From the NCBI GenBank assembly GCA_002269645.1, contig NIVC01002030.1, forward strand, positions 108,394 to 172,393: 64,000 nucleotides of DNA, written 5' to 3'. Made by a program: the position numbers and the translations under genes. Numbering within the stretch: the stretch's first letter is position 1; each line of letters begins with the position of its first letter. Under the pieces are notes generated by a model, which worked only from the letters and a program-made list of their open reading frames with translations, had not been told where the DNA came from and ran no database searches. This document shows positions 56,486 through 64,000 of the stretch, in pieces. The stretch is from Macrostomum lignano. Its lineage: Eukaryota.

Positions 56486-59400
56486 AATTGGGATGATGAG
56501 TAGTGAAAGCCCGAGGACAAGAGATGGAAAAAAATTAAGAACGCTATCACACATGATAAATATACTTTGTATGTGCAAAATTTTCTGTTAACACGTTTTT
56601 TCTCTTCCGCGTAACTGGGGCATCACCAACCATGCTTCCTTCCTATCCCGATTTCTAGCTCGAGTTGTCCTTGACTTAGAGATCTTATTTGAAACAAAGC
56701 CTGTAGGCGCCCGCCCAACCCTCCGCAGCGTTCCTTCCGCCTGAACAAACACGTGACTCTTGTGTCCCAGTTCGGGGCTAGCTAAAATTCTAACAGAATT
56801 TTCTTCCTATAAATGGGAAAACAGGGGGCGGTATACAAACAGAAATTGGGAGAGTCTTTGTCCGAACTGCTGACTAATTGCGCTCCACGTCTTGCGAAGG
56901 TCCGAATCCGCACAAAGCTTTGGAGTCCCGACAGCTTGGGCTCTGTCTGGGCAGTTGGCCTTAACGTTTCTCGAATGGCCTAACTTATATGTATGTAAAC
57001 TGACTTCTAATACAGCATACTCTGGGATATTTATTCCCTTCGATAAGAGATCTCGCTAGTAATTAAGGAATATTGAGGAAGACATGAAAAAAGAAGAGAC
57101 CGTCAATATTCGGGCGGAGTAAAAGGAAGGTAAAAAATCTGAAGTTAGCCATTAACCTGCGCATGCAGCAATTGCGCTCGCTGCAGCACAGGTGCAGGCA
57201 GTGGGGCAGGCCGGTGTAGCAACAATGCTTCCTCGAACAGAAACCATAGGCAGTCGTAGGGGGGGGGGCGCAAACTGGGCTGGCGGAGTCTGAAAATCGG
57301 GTCCCGCCTTGACCAGCCTCCCCACCGCGGAGGCTGCAAATTGCTTCTAATGGAAAGCCAGTCGTGGAGGGGGGAACTGGCAAGTTCCAACCTTCCAAGT
57401 TCCAACCTCCACCAATCCTGTAGTCTCTGCAGCTTTACTTTTCTGTAGGAAAGTAAAGGAATGAAATTACAGAAATGAAGCTCGCATTTTATATAGTTGA
57501 AGAAATCTGGCTGCTTTCGTAAAGAAATTTTCAGCTGACGCAACGTCGGGGCCCAATTATTGGAACTTTGCATCCTCCTTGTGCCCCCGGGTTTTTTGTG
57601 ATGAAGCCAACATTTTGCCATTTTATTGCTTCTCTTGCTCACATATAACTCGGCCCACACGAACGGTGGTAAAGGCGGTGGGATTGAAAGTCTTGTAAAG
57701 TCTTGTCACCACACCTTACCACTCTTTGTTACATGCACTCGCCCCCTTTTTGCCTCAAATTTTCTGTTGCGCCCAATGCAGGACCAGAGCCGATGAGTCA
57801 CGATCTGTTCTTTCTAACCATTTTTTCCATGCCACTACAAGTCTACAAGCCACCTCGGAGTCGGGGCGCTTTCACATATCACAAGATCTAAATTTTCAAG
57901 TCGCCGAAACTTTAGACGACCCAGCCAGCTGTCGCACTCGTTGGAACTGAAGTTCACATCGCCTAAATGCCTAAAAACGTTAACATCATGAAATCGCATG
58001 TACAAACCACTGAGACAAACCCTGAGACAAATTGTGCAGAAGTAAGGACTGATATCTAATAATTTAAGCAATTAGGCTATTTGAAGTTTTGGCGATGTGA
58101 AATGAAGGTTTTATGAAATTCCCAACCTGTCGAGTCTCAGCTCATCTCCCATGCGGACGTACCAGGAAGCCCTGAGAAAAGTCATGGTGATTACAGTGAT
58201 AGGAATTCTGAAAGAAACTGATTCATACATAGCAGATCAATCAGCCATCCATCAAATGATCTTACGATCTTCGTAGGACAAAGGAAGTCGCTTAGTATGG
58301 TTGATTGACATGATGAAAACTGAACTGTAACATCCGTCGTCTGCCAAAATCCTAGAGGGACACGGGTGGGCGAACTGATATTGCTTATACGATTACGAAT
58401 GACTAAAATGAAGGCTGCGTCACGTTCTAAAAATAGCATCACACGACATCTCCATTAGTAATTCATATATGCTTTACTATGCTATACTTTGTTCGGCATG
58501 ACTGCCCTACCGATAAGGCGGAAAACTCTCAGTCCTGCTGGGGTTGGTTCGATTCGAATTAATCAGAATTTTCTCTGCCTTATTTATGGCTTTTCGATGC
58601 AGAACGCACTGGTGGAGCCGCCAAGAATGAATCTCTCAGGAGAAGGAAGAGCGCATTTATAAATATGTTTCGCGTTAAGGGTAAACGAGCTGATATACAT
58701 AAGTGCAGCCATTCAAATCGCCTGAACTTCCACATTTAGCACTTTTCGCAGCCCAATTCAAAGACTTGCTGCTTTGCTGTCTGTCTATCTGTCGCATGCG
58801 CGAAATATAATTATTAGTGTAGCAATTGTGCATTAGCTGGTCCGCATGGCATGCGTTGCCTCGGTGCCTGTTCCTGCCTTAATAACAGAGCCGCAGACAC
58901 GGAAATGAGAGCTACACTGCTGCTATCGCTGCGCACAGGCACATGTACTACACACACACACACTGATACACAGGCTGCACCACGTACCGCTCTACCGAAA
59001 GATAACCAAGCACTCGTAGGCTGTGTGCATGGCGGCTCGATGCGTTCGGTTTAGCTGAGCTCGCCGAATCACTCAACTGACCGAAGGATCGAGTTGAATC
59101 GAGAGAGAGAGAAAGAGAGATCAGAGTGCGCGGGTGGGGACTGTGGAATTAAATTTATGTCAGGGAATGACTATTTTTTTCAATGCGAATTTCGCAATTT
59201 CAGTAAACTATGGAACCGCAGCTACATGACTGGCATGCATGAGTTCAGTTGCTTGTTATCTCAAAATTGTTGAGCTTTGCGTAAGCATACTCACAGTGCG
59301 TTGTAGAGGAAAACAAACCAAATTTACCAAGCACATCTGGAGCGATTTTTGCTGACTAGAACTTTTTGTATGTACTAGCACGATTAGGACATGCTGGTGT

Positions 59401-59499
59401 CTCCTGACTCCTAATATCCATGCGATTCAGAATGAGTCAGCTGAGCTCAGTCACAGGTTTCTCACCAAAATTGTGAAAATCAGGATTGGATCCTGGCTC

Positions 59500-60525
59500 T
59501 TTCTGTGTCAGATTCTGTGAAGCTATATCAGATACTGCCAACCCCTGTGTCAGATGCTGTCAAACTATGTCAAGTAGACACTGCCAAGTGCCAACCCCTG
59601 TGTCAGATGCTGTCAAACTATGTCAGATACTGCCAACCCCTGTGTCAGATGCTGTCAAGCTATGTCAGATACTGCCAACCCCTGTGTCAGATGCTGTCGT
59701 CATGTGTCAGATGCTGTCAAACTATGTCAGGTACTGCCAACCCTGTGTCAGATGCTGTCAAACTATGTCAGATACTGCCAACCCCTGTGTCAGATGCTGT
59801 CAAACTATGTCAGATACTGCCAACCCCTGTGTCAGATGCTGTCGTCATGTGTCAGATGCTGTCAAACTATGTCAGATACTGCCAACCCCTGTGTCAGATG
59901 CTGTCGTCATGTGTCAGATGCTGTCAAACTATGTCAGGTACTGCCAACCCCTGTGTCAGATGCTGTCAAACTATGTCAGATACTGCCAACCCCTGTGTCA
60001 GATGCTGTCGTCATGTGTCAGATGCTGTCAAACTATGTCAGATACTGCCAACCCCTGTGTCAGATGCTGTCAAACTATGTCAGATACTGCCAACCCTGTG
60101 TCAGATGCCGTCGCCATGTGTCAGATGCTGTCAAGCTATGTCAGATACTGCCAACCCCTGTGTCAGATGCTGTCGTCATGTGTCAGATGCTGTCAAACTA
60201 TGTCAGATACTGCCAACCCCTGTGTCAGATGCTGTCGTCATGTGTCAGATGCTGTCAAACTATGTCAGGTACTGCCAACCCCTGTGTCAGATGCTGTCAA
60301 ACTATGTCAGATACTGCCAACCCCTGTGTCAGATGCTGTCGTCATGTGTCAGATGCTGTCAAACTATGTCAGATACTGCCAACCCCTGTGTCAGATGCTG
60401 TCGTCATGTGTCAGATGCTGTCAAACTGTCAGGTACTGCCAACCCCTGTGTCAGATGCTGTCAAACTATGTCAGATACTGCCAACCCCTGTGTCAGATGC
60501 CGTCGCCATGTGTCAGCTGCTGTCG
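59500..60525. repeat. Composite minisatellite of 20-22-bp subunits each starting TGTCAGAT
   Basis: Subunits TGTCAGATGCTGTCAAACTA, TGTCAGATACTGCCAACCCCTG and TGTCAGATGCTGTCGTCATG in variable order. Confidence 0.96.
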
Positions 60526-63500
60526 CTCTCTATCTAAAAGTTCTGGCGCTATCCTAGCTAGCCTAAAAGTTTAAATTTCTAAAAAAACAAGCTGGACATT
60601 CCCTGATGCAACCAAAATATAACTCTTGGATAGTACTGAGCTTGACTGCACTCGGGTTTCGGGACAGTGGGTCCAGTAAAAAGTTTATGAGCCGGCGGCT
60701 TGCCTTCTTTGATCCCAGCCCAGCACTAGGAGCAGGAGGGGAAATTCCCAACGTTCGTCGTGCGCATGATAAAATCGGATCGCTAAATAGCCCCCCCGCC
60801 ACAGATGGTGGGATAAATGCACCGGGAGATTCCGGAGATTTAGACAACACGTTGTTAAGTAGTCCTTGGATTTAGATTGGTAGATTCAGCATGGAGTCTG
60901 CGCCGGACCATTGGTAAAATCTGAACAAAAAGTGACGAAAATGTGACATTTTTTGTTGATTCCCTTGCAGTCACCATGGTGATCTGACAATGACCAGAAA
61001 AAATGATTAGGCTTTCAGTTGTTGCAATGCCAAATAAATGATACCTTATATTATATTGCTCCGTGACCTTTTTGCAAATAGCATTTTGCAAATCGGCGAC
61101 CATCTTGGCTAGTTTGGTTTATTCAATAGTTGAATAGTCTATGGTCATAAGTTGGAGCTTCGACCCACACCCAATTCCGGCCCAAATGTCTATGGTACAA
61201 TACCAGTAATACAACTGACGGCGCCTGGAACTAGACCCAATCACGTGGGTGGAGGTCTCTCACGTGCTTCACTTGCGGAGGGAAGTATGCGTGTGCATTG
61301 CCAGTCCAAAAGAAACACTATTAGACACAGTGTTAGCCATGAATTTTATATTTGGGTTCAAATGGAATACCGTCCATGATATCCACTGGCTTTAGAGAGG
61401 CTTGGCTGAGTCATGTGACATGCTAGACAAGGCCAGACGCGCATTGTCGGTCCCGTGCTCAGCGCTCCACTCCTCTTTCTTTTTCCTCGCATGAGTCACT
61501 CACTCACTCGCTTTCCTCTCAAGCCTGGGCTGAACTCGCGCGCACACTTAGCATGCCGGGGGGGGGGTTGCCACAGCCTGCCCAGAGCTCTCTTTTCCAA
61601 GTCCTATAATAGCTGAGCAAGGATGGGGCGTGCGTGCGGTCCACCACCAACCCTCCCTGCCCCCAGGGGAGTCTGAGCTCAGAGCGCAACCCTGGAGCGC
61701 AAGATGACTCAACGGCGTACAGTCTGAAAGAATTGCCTGTAACAGTCTCCTTACTATCCTTGCAATAGCGCTTAAAATGTGAATTTTTCAATCAATATCA
61801 AATAAACAATGAGGAGCAAATCAATACAGCATGAAGTCAATAGTCAATGCTTGGGGCCTAGCAGCCGACTTAAATAAGCTTCAGTCGGATACATACAAAA
61901 AATTTCTGGCTGATCTTCCTTTCCATTTTCCTGAATTTCCTGAATAGGTCGCATTAGTCAACAAAGCGCCATCCAGCATGACTCATCTGAAACACACTGA
62001 GGCAGCAGCTAGCTATGTGAAAATCCTTCTCTCGCTAAACAAAGACCGAATAGCTTAGCTATCCACGATTAATGCAGGTCTTTAGCTCCAAACATGAACA
62101 GACAGGAAATTGTAAGAATTTAGTTTTGTCTTGGCTCGGGACTCGATTAAGTATATTAATATGTATTTAGCACGGCCGAGAGAGGGGAGCGAAGTCTGCG
62201 AAGAGACGGGGAGCAAGTTAAATTATCGTTAAAAAATGATGACAAAAATCGAACTAAATGAATTGGAAAAATTGCGCGATTAATTTAAGAGAAATTACAC
62301 AAGCTGTGCAAGAAGACGGAGAATGAATAGAGCAAAACACAACACCAATTAGCGTGCTCGGTATTTAACTTAATACAAAAAATCAGTATTTGAGGTTGTC
62401 CGCGGAAAAATTCTGGGGCTTTGACTTTTCCAAATGAATGGTAAATCTCTTGATAACAAGTGCAAAAATAGCCTTGAATGATGATATGACAAAGTTCTGA
62501 TTCGGAATTCTCAATACTCATCAGCCGGTGTCGGAAACACACGTCGCTAGCGAATCACAAGACCGCTTCCAAAATGTGGGAGACCTTGCCGAGTCATGAC
62601 CTCACAGGAGGTGCTGCACAGCTCACTAATTCATAATTCGGATTCAATAATTCAATGTTTCCATGTCTCGGCTCGGTCTCCTCCACATTTAGGAACCTCT
62701 AGCTTTGCACCTGAGTGAGCAGTGTTTAGAAAATATAGCAGACGAGTGTTCTCAGACGCACAGATATACTCCAAGCATAGTGGGAGATATGATATAGGGC
62801 GGATATTTATAAATCTATTGTCACGCAGAGGGGGGAGATGCAGAATTGTTATCGCGGATTAGAACTTCTGGTCAGAGCAATTTGCTATATGAAGTATGAA
62901 TAAATGAAATATAATATAGAGTCCATAGTCCATACCGATATTAGCAGCATCAATCCAGCAGTAAAAATGTACACGGAGCAGGTGAGGGCACCATTTTCAA
63001 ACGATCGCAACAGGTGGTGTTAAATTTGAAAAAAAACGATAGCATTGGTTTTGCAGGCGAAAGTGCAAATATCGAACAGCGATGCAGACACAAAAACTCG
63101 ATGGTCACACCCGCACAAAGATATTCAAAGATATTGCCTATGTTAGCAAAAATAGTCGACACTAAGCTGGAACAGTGGATTAAAATAATTTATCATAGCG
63201 GCTAGATTCCATCAAACTATATAAAATGGGAGGGCATATCTCAAACAGCGAATTTCTGAGGGGGGGGGGGCGATTTGCGGGTACTCGAATTAAATGATTT
63301 TAGTGCCATCAGCTGAGTAAAATGCACTGCAGTTGTTGTGCTTGGATTTGCAGCCATATAAAGCAATAGAAAAATACCTAAACTATATGCTGGATCTCTC
63401 GACGTGAAAAGCTATCTAGATATAAAAGTACGCACAAAATCTCGTTAAAAATTGTCAGTTAAAGCGGACAGTCCGTCTTCAGCTAGGAGCGCACAGTGCA

Positions 63501-64000
63501 AACATCTTTGTCGATGAAAATTGTTGACTAATAAAATTAGGATTAAAATAGATTCAATGGGAAAACCAACTATTAGGAGAGCTGCGATTGAGAAGCGTCA
63601 GTTAGAAAAATAGAGAATGCGGATGCCAGGCCGTTCGGACAAAATTGCAAATTCGCACAGCTAAATGCCTGCCTAATTGACAAACGGAAAGGAAAACTGC
63701 TCTGATTTATAGTTGCTTTTGTTTAGGGTTTTTTTAGAAAAAAGCTATCGGTGAATAAACGCAGGCAGCGGTTAGAAAATCTGACCGAAGTACAAAAAGA
63801 TCGGCAGTGGCAGCGTCATTGAAGTTCGCGTTTAAGTCTCTAGCAAAAAATAAACCAAGCAGTGGCCATCCATTGCGACAAGCTGAGTAAAAAATAGGAG
63901 TTAAAAATATTGAACGAATTTGAGAGCCGCGAATTGAAAATGTGGGGTGAGGGCACTTGTTAAAGCCGCTGAAATGAGTTGATGGATAGCACGGACAGAT

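Noticed and set aside
53840-58450. Possible degraded LINE remnants at ~53.8-54.1, 55.1-56.0 and 56.6-58.4 kb
   Set aside because: No recognisable RT or endonuclease motif in an intact frame
59486-60574. Cys-rich 300-360-aa ORFs resembling metallothionein or keratin-associated proteins
   Set aside because: Open in all three plus frames; explained by the TGTCAGAT composite minisatellite
60560-64000. Short ORFs of 60-95 aa in AT-rich sequence
   Set aside because: No codon bias, splice support or known motifs; treated as intergenic

Overview
This is eukaryotic (animal) genomic DNA: GT-AG spliced genes with GC3-rich exons, separated by introns and intergenic DNA filled with about 30 unrelated mini/microsatellite arrays (roughly a quarter to a third of the window). 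The style suggests a Macrostomum-like flatworm, but that is an inference. Supported genes: (1) a multi-exon cytosolic carboxypeptidase (CCP2/3, AGBL2-like) on the minus strand, ~37.4 to 19.6 kb; (2) an intronless Shaw/Kv3-like K+ channel nested antisense in one of its introns, with a degenerate S4 and S6 gate; (3) a 3-exon TRP channel on the minus strand (50217-46158) with a TRPM-type MHR4/TM/coiled-coil core but about 5 N-terminal ankyrin repeats in the same exon, where TRPMs normally carry SLOG/MHR1-3; (4) exons of a SARA/endofin (ZFYVE9/16)-like protein running off the left edge, with no FYVE domain found; (5) two small orphan ORFs with coding-like codon usage. Mobile DNA: three copies of a tRNA-headed CORE-type SINE, two copies of a second tRNA-like SINE, and a 3' non-LTR retrotransposon fragment. 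Most long ORFs in the supplied track are tandem-repeat artefacts. No CRISPR array, rRNA or intact tRNA was found. The best novelty candidate is the ankyrin-TRPM hybrid channel. Next are the silent-type nested Kv, a possible CCP-SARA fusion or operon, an in-frame UAG in a CCP alternative exon, and a SINE head expanded into a minisatellite. All homology calls come from recalled motifs, not database searches.
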